64,000 nt of DNA from an uncultured Actinomycetes bacterium (lineage in GTDB: Bacteria > Actinomycetota > Coriobacteriia > Coriobacteriales > Atopobiaceae): NCBI GenBank assembly GCA_900313905.1, contig OMTG01000021.1, positions 28,017 through 92,016 on the forward strand. The letters are read 5' to 3'. Shown piece by piece: positions 19,201-27,360 of the stretch. Each line of letters starts with the position of its first letter. The stretch's first letter is position 1. A program made the position numbers and the translations under genes. The notes under the pieces are model-generated. The model saw only the letters and a list, made by a program, of their open reading frames with translations. It searched no databases and was not told where the DNA came from.

Positions 19201-19764
19201 CCTCAGCCGCTGCACGATATCGAGGACGCCGGTATAGCCCGAGGCGCTCCTGGTGCCGAAGCCATACTGGTCGAAGAGCTGCTGGAGGGCGGGATCTGCC
19301 TTCTGCTTCCGCTGCGCCTCGCCCACGGCCTCGTTCAGGGCCTGGTACAGGAAGGCATCCTCCTCGTTTCCCGAAGCGATCCGGAACTCGGGATCGATGC
19401 CCAGATCGAGGGCATGGCGCTTCAGGATGCGCGAGCACATCCCGTGGATCGTGCTGATCCAGGCGCTGTCGACCTTGAGGGCCTGGTCCGCCATGCCAGA
19501 TTGCCTGAGCGTGGAGCGCACCCGCTCCTTGATCTCGCGGGCCGCCGCGTTCGTGAAGGTGATCACCAGCACCTGGGAGATATCGTCGAGATAGGCCTTC
19601 CCATCCTCGCCCGACCCCGGCGCCAAGGCCCAGGCGATGCGCTGGGTCAGCGTGAAGGTCTTGCCCGACCCGGCGCCTGCCGCGACGAACAGCGGGCGGT
19701 CGAAGATGGTCGCTATGTCACGCTGGCCATCGCTCAGCGTCGAAAGATCAACATGCGCTGTCAT
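16240..19764 (-). CDS. addA: ATP-dependent helicase/nuclease subunit A (AddA/RexA, UvrD-type helicase plus PD-(D/E)XK nuclease)
   Basis: Start at the ATG at 19764 (MTAHVDL), overlapping the addB stop (ATGA). Walker A AGAGSGKT, DEFQDT box, and a C-terminal nuclease block LIDYKTG. Confidence 0.9.
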   Translation of the reverse strand: MTAHVDLSTLSDGQRDIATIFDRPLFVAAGAGSGKTFTLTQRIAWALAPGSGEDGKAYLDDISQVLVITFTNAAAREIKERVRSTLRQSGMADQALKVDSAWISTIHGMCSRILKRHALDLGIDPEFRIASGNEEDAFLYQALNEAVGEAQRKQKADPALQQLFDQYGFGTRSASGYTGVLDIVQRLRQAAIASPDGFEGLWIPPAADIASLMGEFTTLYGSLAGCKLSKTALPLVLSSLDALEAFGKLAPGARTAQEAKATLAQVKMPRSSAGIKEFLPEVKEAFQELEREVELALMRPSAEAAIQIAQDADRRYGELKHEHSLLDNDDLISQALWALQTMPDVARDYEGRFKLVMVDEFQDTDAKQVKLISLLSGKDAEHLTTVGDSQQSIYRFRGADVSVFQKRGASLPEESRIQLQTNFRSHRDILSFVDAVCGGKAGVLADFMHLDPTDNEKKVQGHEKAYRAKELPRIDIELTRGESSISQMQTAAGAMAIAKRFRAYADAGELPGKMVLLLRAGTHADLYIDAIRKVGLECVVTGGSTFTQTAEAATMQALLHYLANDHDTQSGLFPLLSSPLFGLEAEDFIELATTSQPRCDAPAKRQIERGFETMKLWGGTVPSARLSRAHGILTRARQLARRLPVADVCTYVVKESGWLSRLATQGAEGQATSANVLAALRYIRDLTQDLGLGPARAASEFDRWLEVSKIPPASLSGGESSAVKIMTIHASKGLEFDVVAVAECWANPRGSSFVTGPVPETDRRACILPPKDAKLKLPDEAPEDPKTLGAWYAALKEQDLTAEAEESARLLYVALTRAKEALILGLSVAEKKDGCLAPQLAAGVADALFEGNLPDSGTSRIAYGGTEDALVHTVTVRKEASEDGRKGFAIDSGGSVPEIEGDWADDPAALVASETGSGTPAAPSFDLFGGEEDVLGACTRMRRSREGVFSFSQAKDAMDAMAGASGLKAERVVSGRGRALPNRAERDAELEGAPVAADEDKATNLGSAFHLLAQSMVETGKYPDEGHIKAMEEHWRLSPRACSRLERALARWSSSSVRKEALSYAHLVPEMPFFSEAHSELGSQVEGAFDLVAWNDRSHALLIDYKTGDTTLGPEEISSRHALQADLYARVLRDAGFADIDCRFVCVEVADGEHPDEPFVASYHYDGEHEPYLW

Positions 19765-22700
19765 TTCATCCTCTTCTCGCAGTTGAGGACCGGGCAGAAC
19801 TTGCAGGCGTCTGCATCGATCGGATTGGCCTCGATGTTGCCGTCGAGCAGCTCGGCAATCTTTGCCGCAATGAGCTCCTCGCAGGAGTCGAGCAGGGCGC
19901 ACATCCCCTCTTCGTCGCTTCTGCCGAATCCCTCATGGTCGGGCACGATCACCATGCCCTCGGACCTCGAGGAGAGTTGGTGGGCGCCGAAGACCCGCGC
20001 GTAGACATTCTCGGAGGCGGCGCCGGAGATCGCATGGTCGCCCCTCGATCCCAGGTAGACGGCAGCCACCACCTTGAGCTCGGGATGCTTGCGGCGGATG
20101 ACCTGTCCATAGATCAGCGACTGGACGCGGCGCGGCAGCGCGAGCGGAGCCCCCGGCTCAGGCGCTCCCTGCGGGAAGGCGGCATACTTCTTCGCAAAGC
20201 CTGCAGGCGACATATGCTTGTAGTCGATCACGACCGCTTGGTGGTGGGCATCCACATCGACACGGTCGATCGTGCCGGTGAGCCAGGCCCCTGCATAGGG
20301 GATGAGCTCTCCTTTGCGCCCGAAGCTCCATTCGAAATGCCGTGGCTCGAAGCCTTGGAAGAGCCCGCTCTCGTAGTCGAGCTCCGAGAGCAGGTCGCGC
20401 TTCAGCGTCGTGACAAGCCCCCGCTCCTCTTCGGTATGGGGAACGAAGGGCTGACAGCGCTCCTGCTTATGCTCGAGCTTCCGCTGGCGGTCCAGATTGG
20501 TATCGAACACCTGGGAGAGGATCTCCTTCGCATGGGCAAGCCCGGCGGCATCCTCCAGCGTGACGCGCGAGCCCCTGACGGAAAGCCAGGGCTCTGCCGC
20601 CACATCCGGACGCATGCCGGTTGCGCGCTCAGCCTCGTCCAAGGCCTCATCGAGCAGCTGGCGATGCGTCACTTCGAGCACCCGGTGCGCGAAGGTTCCC
20701 ATCTCCATGCTGCCAAATCCAGCATCGCAGTCGCCAAGCCCCAGGCGGCGCAGGCTGAACCATTTGTAGGGGCACTCAAGATAGGACTCGATCTGGGAGG
20801 CCGAAAGCAGCGGCCTCCCATCGAGAAGCTCGGTGCGCCCTGTGGGCGGCACCACCACGCAATCCCGGTGCCCCTCTGTTATCGCCCCGGTCGGCCCGAT
20901 AGGCTCGCTCGCCTCGAGACACGGAGACGAGCCTCCCCAGGAGAGGTTCTCGGTGGTGGAAAGCTCGCTCCGCTCGAAGACCGGCATCCCCTGCTCCCGG
21001 CATCCCTCAAGATCTTCCGCCTCGTCGTCCTTGAGGCGGTAGCAGGACAGGAGCTCCGAGAGCATCACGGACGGGTAGCAGGCCTCCGCATCGCTGTCTT
21101 TCTGCGTCCTCTCCACGATGAGGTGCGAGGAGGCCGCTGCCACTGCATGCCAGAATCCGGCCCGCCGCTCCTGCATGGGGTTGGGCGCAGGCTCCACGCC
21201 GCAGCGCTCCAGAAGGGCGCTCAGCACATCATCTCCGGTCGCGACGGCTGCCTCGGCCGATGTCTCCCCGCAGAGGATCGCAGCATCGCAGGAGCAGGGC
21301 TCCATCTGCGCTGCCTCGCTGCGCGAGACGATTGTGACCTGCGCTTTCGCTCCCTGGAGTGCCACCTCGGGACGCACGACGGCGCTTGTCTGCTGCATCG
21401 CCTGCTTCATGAGGGCGACGACCGCAGCCAGAGGAGTCCTTTTCTCTGCCTTGGGGTCGGCCGTGATGCCCAGCTCCTTCAGCGTGCCAGCCAGATTGAG
21501 GATGCCAGCGAGGACGCCTTCCGCCTCGGCATCCGAGAGATGGTCCTCGAGCCGCGGCACACGGATTGCGACATCGCCCATATCGTCGGTGGCCACATCG
21601 TCGGGCACCGGCTCGCCTCCTGCCACATAGGGGGCGAGGAGCTTCGATGCCGCCGTGCCGATGCGCCCCCGCAGGAGCTCCATCGTCGCCTGGGCGACCG
21701 GCTTCGAGACCGTCTTCGGGCTCTGGAGCTCCGCGAGCACCTCTTGGGGCGTGAGGAGCCGGTCGCCGCGCCATTTCGCGTCGATGCGCTGGACCTTGGA
21801 GACGGGCATGTGGGCGATATCGCTCAGCAGGAAATCGGAGAGCTCCCGTGGCGGCCACCAGCCCATATCGCCGAGGTTCACGAGCGTCGAGCCATCCTCC
21901 GTCCTCGTCGGGAGCGGCCAGCTCTGGGCCATCTCATCGAGCGAGGCGACCGTCTCGGCGTATTCGATGAAGGCACGGCCAGCCTCGAGCTTCGCAAGAG
22001 GAGCGGATATACGGGTCCTGACGGCAATGCCGCGTGCAGAGAGCTTGGGCGCAAGCTCGCGCCACGCCTGCTCCGTCGAAGGCACGGCCACGCAGATATC
22101 GGTGGCTCCCTCTTTCTCGGCAAGCGTCTGGATGCGTCTAGCGACAAGCTCTGCCTCGGCCAGAGGCCCTGCAGGGCGGAGGAGCTCGACCGCGCCGGTG
22201 GCGCAAAGCGGCTCGCCAGGCTCGAAGATCTGGCCCAGAAGCTGCTCAAGCTCAGGGGCACGCGAAGGGCTGGGGCATCCGCCTCCATCCTCCATGCTCC
22301 AGGCAATCCCGCGCTCATCTGCTGCATCGCGCAGTAGCTGTGCAAGCTCCTCCCCTTCCGCATCGGCCGCAGCATTCATGCAGGGCAGGATGAGGACGAC
22401 TTCGGATGCCTCGGCCAGCGAGAGGACGAGCTCGCGCTGCCAGCGCCCAAGCGAGCGCATGCCCGAGACGACGAAGGCAGGGATCTTCGCCCCGGCATCG
22501 CAGAGGCGCCCCACGATCCCGGCGGCAGCTTCTGCCTCCTCGATATAGCCCATCTTATGGATGAGGGCACGGTAGCGGCCTGCGATGCCTGCTGCCGCAG
22601 CCTCTGCCGGCGTGAGGCCGAGTGCCTCTGCACGGGAGCTGTCAGGGGTTCCATCGGATTCGAGCGGCAGCCAAGGCAGGGCCTTCGATGCCAGGCCTAT

Positions 22701-23045
22701 CAGCACGTTCAGGGTGCCGGCATTGAAGCTCAGCGCCCCCACCCCTTCTGCCTCCTCGAGCAGCACCTGCTCCATTGCGATGGTGCGCGCTGCCGGCTCG
22801 ATCAGGTGGGTCCCGTCGCCCCAGACCTCCCAGCGCTCAGACAGCCAGGCGGAGATGGTCGTGACCGGAAGCCCGAAGAGCTTCTCCTCATGGACAGCGC
22901 TCAGCTCCCGCTCGGCCTCGAGCTGCGCCTCGAATGAAGGGACGAGAAGGACAGCGCCGCGCAGCTCCTGCTCGCGGACAAGCGCTGCCCGCACGCTCTC
23001 GCTTGCGATGCCTTCATCTGCTGCATGGACGATCTTGAGCCCCAT
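19761..23045 (-). CDS. addB: helicase/nuclease subunit B (AddB/RexB type) with an Fe-S-stapled nuclease domain
   Basis: Start at 23045 with an AAGGAG RBS. YLECPYKWF plus a C-terminal CKFCPVLNC Cys cluster, and a nuclease motif VIDYKH. No Walker A is present at the N-terminus. Confidence 0.85.
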   Translation of the reverse strand: MGLKIVHAADEGIASESVRAALVREQELRGAVLLVPSFEAQLEAERELSAVHEEKLFGLPVTTISAWLSERWEVWGDGTHLIEPAARTIAMEQVLLEEAEGVGALSFNAGTLNVLIGLASKALPWLPLESDGTPDSSRAEALGLTPAEAAAAGIAGRYRALIHKMGYIEEAEAAAGIVGRLCDAGAKIPAFVVSGMRSLGRWQRELVLSLAEASEVVLILPCMNAAADAEGEELAQLLRDAADERGIAWSMEDGGGCPSPSRAPELEQLLGQIFEPGEPLCATGAVELLRPAGPLAEAELVARRIQTLAEKEGATDICVAVPSTEQAWRELAPKLSARGIAVRTRISAPLAKLEAGRAFIEYAETVASLDEMAQSWPLPTRTEDGSTLVNLGDMGWWPPRELSDFLLSDIAHMPVSKVQRIDAKWRGDRLLTPQEVLAELQSPKTVSKPVAQATMELLRGRIGTAASKLLAPYVAGGEPVPDDVATDDMGDVAIRVPRLEDHLSDAEAEGVLAGILNLAGTLKELGITADPKAEKRTPLAAVVALMKQAMQQTSAVVRPEVALQGAKAQVTIVSRSEAAQMEPCSCDAAILCGETSAEAAVATGDDVLSALLERCGVEPAPNPMQERRAGFWHAVAAASSHLIVERTQKDSDAEACYPSVMLSELLSCYRLKDDEAEDLEGCREQGMPVFERSELSTTENLSWGGSSPCLEASEPIGPTGAITEGHRDCVVVPPTGRTELLDGRPLLSASQIESYLECPYKWFSLRRLGLGDCDAGFGSMEMGTFAHRVLEVTHRQLLDEALDEAERATGMRPDVAAEPWLSVRGSRVTLEDAAGLAHAKEILSQVFDTNLDRQRKLEHKQERCQPFVPHTEEERGLVTTLKRDLLSELDYESGLFQGFEPRHFEWSFGRKGELIPYAGAWLTGTIDRVDVDAHHQAVVIDYKHMSPAGFAKKYAAFPQGAPEPGAPLALPRRVQSLIYGQVIRRKHPELKVVAAVYLGSRGDHAISGAASENVYARVFGAHQLSSRSEGMVIVPDHEGFGRSDEEGMCALLDSCEELIAAKIAELLDGNIEANPIDADACKFCPVLNCEKRMK

Positions 23046-23118
23046 ATCCCACTCCTTGCGCGATTGGCGTATCAGCACCCATCATAGCGCAGGAGCCAGA
23101 CAGGAATTCAGGGCTGCC

Positions 23119-23421
23119 TCACGCGTCCGCACGCCCTTCGAGGCGCTCCAGCACGAGCCTATAGCCGCCTTCCGGGCCATTGAGGCACTTCGACACCCGG
23201 CTCACTGTCGTCGAGGAGGCACCGGTCGCTTCCGAGACCGCTGCATAGGAGGCTCCATCAGAAAGGAGCCGTGCCATCTCCAGCCTCTGCGCAAGGTCCT
23301 GGATCTCGCGCCTGCTGCAGAGATCATGCAGGAAGGCCTCTGCCTCGTCCGGGGTCTTGAGCTGGCAGAATGCCTGCATGAGCCTCGCCTGCTCTTCGGC
23401 CCTCTGCTCCTTAGACGACAT
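23119..23421 (-). CDS. YerC/YecD-family TrpR-like DNA-binding protein
   Basis: Start at 23421 with a GAAGGAGGG RBS. Motifs REIQDLAQRLEMARLL and GASSTTVSRVSKCL (HTH) are typical of the family. Confidence 0.8.
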   Translation of the reverse strand: MSSKEQRAEEQARLMQAFCQLKTPDEAEAFLHDLCSRREIQDLAQRLEMARLLSDGASYAAVSEATGASSTTVSRVSKCLNGPEGGYRLVLERLEGRADA

Positions 23422-23599
23422 GCACCCTCCTTCGCAGCTTCTGCGTTGGCTCAATACTTTACCACACTAAAGTAGAAGCCGGCACAAGGCTCCACGTTTC
23501 CATGCGGGAGCTGTGGTGACGCCTGGGCACCAGGCACATCTTCCTGCTTTGCGGGTACACTGTGCCTGCCCTTCCATCGCATAGCAGCAAGGAGCATCG

Positions 23600-23956
23600 A
23601 TGCATTTCCTGAAATCCTGGTTCTTCCTCGCGCTGGCAATCGCCTTCGCGATTCATTTCGTCCCCGGCATCGTGCCGGTCGGCGGCACGATCGCAGGCCC
23701 GGTCTTCGCAGCTCTGGCCCTTGCCCTCATCAACGCCACGATCAAGCCGATCATGAAGGCGCTCTCGCTTCCGCTCACGATCCTCACGCTCGGCATCTTC
23801 TCGCTCATCGTGAACGCGATAGCGCTGGAGCTTGCAAGCTATCTTGCGCTCTCAGTCTTCTCCGCCGGCATCGCTATCACGAGCTTCGGAGCTGCCTTCT
23901 GGGGTGCCCTCTTCATCTCCATCTGCACGGCCATCCTGGACGCCGTGCTCGGCTAG
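23600..23956 (+). CDS. DUF360 / phage-holin-4-like small membrane protein
   Basis: AAGGAG RBS. 118 aa with 3-4 hydrophobic helices and the conserved segment ALINATIKPIMKALSLPLTILTLG. Confidence 0.75.
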   Translation: MHFLKSWFFLALAIAFAIHFVPGIVPVGGTIAGPVFAALALALINATIKPIMKALSLPLTILTLGIFSLIVNAIALELASYLALSVFSAGIAITSFGAAFWGALFISICTAILDAVLG

Positions 23957-25126
23957 GCGTCCCTGCGACCAGCTGCCGGCAAGGCGGGCAGCGTTCGCAG
24001 CGGCGGTCTCGACCGCCCGCGATGCAGCCTCCCGGGCTGCCGAGAAGGTGTTCGTGACCGTCGAGCCGACAAGCTTCATGATGGCATCCTTCGTGGTCTG
24101 GCTCGACTCCCCAAGGGCTGAAAGGACCTTCTGGATGCTCTCCGGCGTGGCCGTCACCTCGTCCAAGGTCTTGGCGCCCCCTGCCCGGAGGACCTGGAAG
24201 AACTCTTCCGTGAATTCCTTCCTCTGCCCATACGGGATCGAGGCGATCCAGTCGGCGAATATGCTGTTCGTGACCTTGCATTCCGGCAGGAGATCGTCTG
24301 CTGGGGCGAACCGTCCCGGACCGGTCTCCCAGGAGGTCGGATCGTGCTGAAGGACGCCCGTCTGGGAGCTCTGCACATAGATGCGGGGCTCCTCCGGACG
24401 GTCGAAGAACATGCCGACGACCGAGTACTGGGGCTGGATGCGGAGGAACCTGTGGCCCAGCACGTCGTAGGCGCCTTCCGGCACGACCAAGCGGTCCATC
24501 CCAGGCCCGTCATTGCTCCAGCAATAGAGCACCGTGCTCCTGAGATCTCGGGGAAGTGCGGCCGCTGCATAGGCGGCAAGGTTCCCGCCCTTCGAATGGC
24601 CGCCCACATAGAGCCTGCGTCCCTCGGCCTGGGCGCGCCGTGCTGCCCGCTCGAGATAGTGCGCAGCCTCCTGCTGGGCCTCGGTCACCTGGAAGCTCAG
24701 CATGAAGTTCTCCTGCCATCCGACGAGGGTGTTGTCCGTTCCCCGGAAGGAGATATAGGTCTCCTGCGGCGTGAGGTCGATCGCAAGGCCGCTCATCTGG
24801 AGCGAGAGCTCCGGCCTGAAGACATCGATGAGATCATGGAGCCGGCATTGCCCGAAGCGCTTCGAGGCGCTCAGGAGCTCGAGCGTCGGTGCCTCGATGT
24901 TCGCCATCGACTTCACGTAGGGCGCGATGTCGCCACCGGAGACTTCGAGGATCTTCCGGCAGGCGTCCCTGACGGTGATGGAGCCCTCCTCCCCTTCCCA
25001 AGGGACGATCCCCGTGAAATCGATATAGGCGACAACGGAGCAGATGAGGTTGTCCACCTCATTGAAGGGGCGCTCCTGGAAGTCGAGGTCTCCCCGCCAC
25101 CTGAGATAGCTGTCGATGTCTGCCAC
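23852..25126 (-). CDS. Mbeg1-like (DUF2974) alpha/beta hydrolase with an Ala-rich helical C-terminal tail
   Basis: GTG start with a GGGGAGG RBS. Nucleophile elbow GGHSKGG and the N-terminal YLRWRGDLDF motif. Its 3' end overlaps the convergent DUF360 gene by 105 nt. Confidence 0.75.
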   Translation of the reverse strand: MADIDSYLRWRGDLDFQERPFNEVDNLICSVVAYIDFTGIVPWEGEEGSITVRDACRKILEVSGGDIAPYVKSMANIEAPTLELLSASKRFGQCRLHDLIDVFRPELSLQMSGLAIDLTPQETYISFRGTDNTLVGWQENFMLSFQVTEAQQEAAHYLERAARRAQAEGRRLYVGGHSKGGNLAAYAAAALPRDLRSTVLYCWSNDGPGMDRLVVPEGAYDVLGHRFLRIQPQYSVVGMFFDRPEEPRIYVQSSQTGVLQHDPTSWETGPGRFAPADDLLPECKVTNSIFADWIASIPYGQRKEFTEEFFQVLRAGGAKTLDEVTATPESIQKVLSALGESSQTTKDAIMKLVGSTVTNTFSAAREAASRAVETAAANAARLAGSWSQGRLAEHGVQDGRADGDEEGTPEGSSEARDSDAGGED

Positions 25127-25161
25127 GTCTGCCTCCCCATTCCGCCGTCAGAAGCATCCTA

Positions 25162-25206
25162 CCCAAAACAAGGGCGCCTCCTGGAGCCAATGCCCCAGAA
25201 GGCGCC
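25162..25206 (-). terminator. putative terminator of the alcohol dehydrogenase gene
   Basis: GGCGCCT / AGGCGCC stem with a long loop, followed on the minus strand by CTTGTTTTGGG. Confidence 0.45.
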
Positions 25207-25229
25207 AATTCCCATCTCTGTGCGGGATG

Positions 25230-26393
25230 CTATGCCATGATCTTGCGGAAGAGCTCCACGACCTGCTCGTGGGTGGCCTCACGCGGGTTGCCCGGATAGC
25301 AGGCATCGTTCAGGGCATCGGTCGCGAGCTGGTCGAGATCCTCCTCGACGAGGCCCTTGCAGGTCTTCGGGATGTTCACATCCTCGGAGAGCTGGCGGAC
25401 CGCAGCGATGGCGGCATCTGCCGCCTCGTCGTCCGTCATCCCTGTCGTGTCGACGCCCATAGCGACGGCGACCTCGGCGAGGCGCTTCGTGACGACCGGC
25501 TTGTTGAACTCCATCGCGATCGGCAGGAGCATGGCGCAGGCGACGCCGTGCGGCGTGTCATAGTGCGCAGACAGGGTGTGGGCCATCGAGTGGTCGATGC
25601 CGAGGCCGACATTGGAGAAGCCCATGCCAGCGATGTACTGGCCAAGGGCCATGCCCTCTCGGCCGCTCGCAGGCTTTCCGCTCTTCGCCTCTGCATAGGC
25701 ATCGCGGAGGTTCTGGGAGATGAGCTGGATGGCCTTGAAGTGGAACATGTCGGAGAGCTCCCAGGCGCCCTTGGTGGTGTAGCCCTCGATAGCGTGGGTC
25801 AGGGCATCCATGCCCGTCGCGGCCGTGAGGCCTGCCGGCATCGAGCTCATCATGTCAGGGTCGACGACAGCGACCTCGGGGATATCGTTCGTGTCGACGC
25901 AGACGAACTTGCGGACCTTCTCCGGGTCGGTGATCACATAGTTGATCGTGACCTCGGCGGCGGTGCCTGCGGTCGTCGGGACGGCGATCGTGAAGGTGGC
26001 ATGGTTCTTGGTCGGAGCGACGCCCTCGAGAGACACGACATCGGCAAACTCGGGGTTCTCGGCGATGACGCCGATGGCCTTTGCGGTATCCATGGAGGAG
26101 CCGCCGCCGATCGTGACGATCATGTCAGCGCCGGACTCCTTGAAGGCAGCCACGCCGTCCTGGACATTCTTGATGGTCGGGTTCGGCTTGATCTCGGAAT
26201 AGAGGGTCCAGGGGATTTTCGCCTCGTCGAGCAGGTCGGTTACCTTGGCGGTGACGCCGAACTTCACGAGGTCAGGATCGGAGCAGACGAAAGCCTTCTT
26301 GTAGCCGCGGCGGGTGATCTCGCCCGGGATCTCCTTGATGGCGCCCGCGCCATGATACGAGATGGTGTTCAGAACGAAGCGATTGACAGCCAT
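25230..26393 (-). CDS. iron-containing (group III) alcohol dehydrogenase, lactaldehyde/propanediol oxidoreductase-like
   Basis: Start at 26393 (MAVNRFVLN) with a GAAGGAAGG RBS. Motifs GGGSSMDTAK and metal-binding His blocks (HAIEGY, HSMAHTLSAHYDTPHG). Confidence 0.9.
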   Translation of the reverse strand: MAVNRFVLNTISYHGAGAIKEIPGEITRRGYKKAFVCSDPDLVKFGVTAKVTDLLDEAKIPWTLYSEIKPNPTIKNVQDGVAAFKESGADMIVTIGGGSSMDTAKAIGVIAENPEFADVVSLEGVAPTKNHATFTIAVPTTAGTAAEVTINYVITDPEKVRKFVCVDTNDIPEVAVVDPDMMSSMPAGLTAATGMDALTHAIEGYTTKGAWELSDMFHFKAIQLISQNLRDAYAEAKSGKPASGREGMALGQYIAGMGFSNVGLGIDHSMAHTLSAHYDTPHGVACAMLLPIAMEFNKPVVTKRLAEVAVAMGVDTTGMTDDEAADAAIAAVRQLSEDVNIPKTCKGLVEEDLDQLATDALNDACYPGNPREATHEQVVELFRKIMA

Positions 26394-26495
26394 ATCATTC
26401 CTTCCTTCAGGGGGATGAACGAACCATCGAAACCATACCCTATGGGCACGCGCCTCCGCTCTCAGCCATCTTGGAAACGCTGAAGCCAAAGTATT

Positions 26496-26509
26496 GGTAC
26501 AGATGTACC
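26496..26509. promoter_or_regulatory. inverted repeat GGTACA-GA-TGTACC in the AT-rich adh upstream region (candidate operator)
   Basis: Read directly from the sequence. Lies about 100 nt upstream of the adh start, inside one of the few AT-rich stretches in the window. Confidence 0.3.
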
Positions 26510-26570
26510 TTTTTAGGCTTTCAGCTGCAAAAATACCGGAGTAAGGTCCACCAGACCCGTATATATTCTT

Positions 26571-26605
26571 AAAAAGCTGCCGTTCACCGATTGGTGAACG
26601 GCAGC
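26571..26605 (-). terminator. rho-independent terminator after dapB
   Basis: Perfect 13-bp stem GCTGCCGTTCACC / GGTGAACGGCAGC with a 4-nt loop, followed on the minus strand by TTTTT. Confidence 0.8.
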
Positions 26606-26634
26606 AATCCTGCAATCGCGGTGTCGGGCCGGAG

Positions 26635-27360
26635 CTATTCTGCGCCGAACATGAGCTCGTCGAAGGTGTAGAAGCCGGGCTCCCTCTGAAGGAGCCGCGT
26701 GGCCGCAGCCAGGGCGCCTTCAGCGAAGATGGTGCGGCTGCTCGCCCGGTGTGTCAGCACGACCTCCTCATCAGGCCCGAAGAAGTGCACCTCATGCGTG
26801 CCGGCGACCGTGCCGCCACGCAGGCTGTGGACCCCGATCTCGTCCTTCGTGCGGGCGCCGACAATCCCCTCGCGCCCATAGACGACAGGGCGGGTGCCTT
26901 CAGGATCGAGGGCTGCCACCAGCATCTTCGCCGTGCCCGACGGAGCATCGACCTTCTGGTTGTGGTGGGTCTCGACGACCTCCTCATCCCAGCCGGCAAG
27001 ATACTTCCCTGCCTCGGCCGTGAGCTTGCGGAGCACCGCCACGCCGAGCGAGTAGTTGCCGGAATGGATGACGGGAACCATCTTGCCAAGATCGGCAAGA
27101 TCCGCCAGCTGCTTTGCGGTGAGGCCCGTCGTGCCTGAGACGACCGCACACTTCACGCGCTGGGCATAGGCGACAAGGCCCGGCAGAAGGGCGGGATTCG
27201 AGAAGTCGATCGCAAGTTCTGCCTCGGGAAGGCCATCGGGCAGGATGTCGGCATTCTCGATGCCGACCTCGCCCACGACCTCCATATCGTCACGGAAAGC
27301 GATGAGACCCTCGATCGTCTTCCCCATCTTGCCATTCCCGATCAGGACGACCCTAGCCAA
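26635..27360 (-). CDS. dapB: 4-hydroxy-tetrahydrodipicolinate reductase
   Basis: N-terminal Rossmann motif VVLIGNGKMGK and the substrate block ETHHNQKVDAPSGTA. Overlaps the dapA stop by 8 nt. Confidence 0.92.
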   Translation of the reverse strand: MARVVLIGNGKMGKTIEGLIAFRDDMEVVGEVGIENADILPDGLPEAELAIDFSNPALLPGLVAYAQRVKCAVVSGTTGLTAKQLADLADLGKMVPVIHSGNYSLGVAVLRKLTAEAGKYLAGWDEEVVETHHNQKVDAPSGTAKMLVAALDPEGTRPVVYGREGIVGARTKDEIGVHSLRGGTVAGTHEVHFFGPDEEVVLTHRASSRTIFAEGALAAATRLLQREPGFYTFDELMFGAE

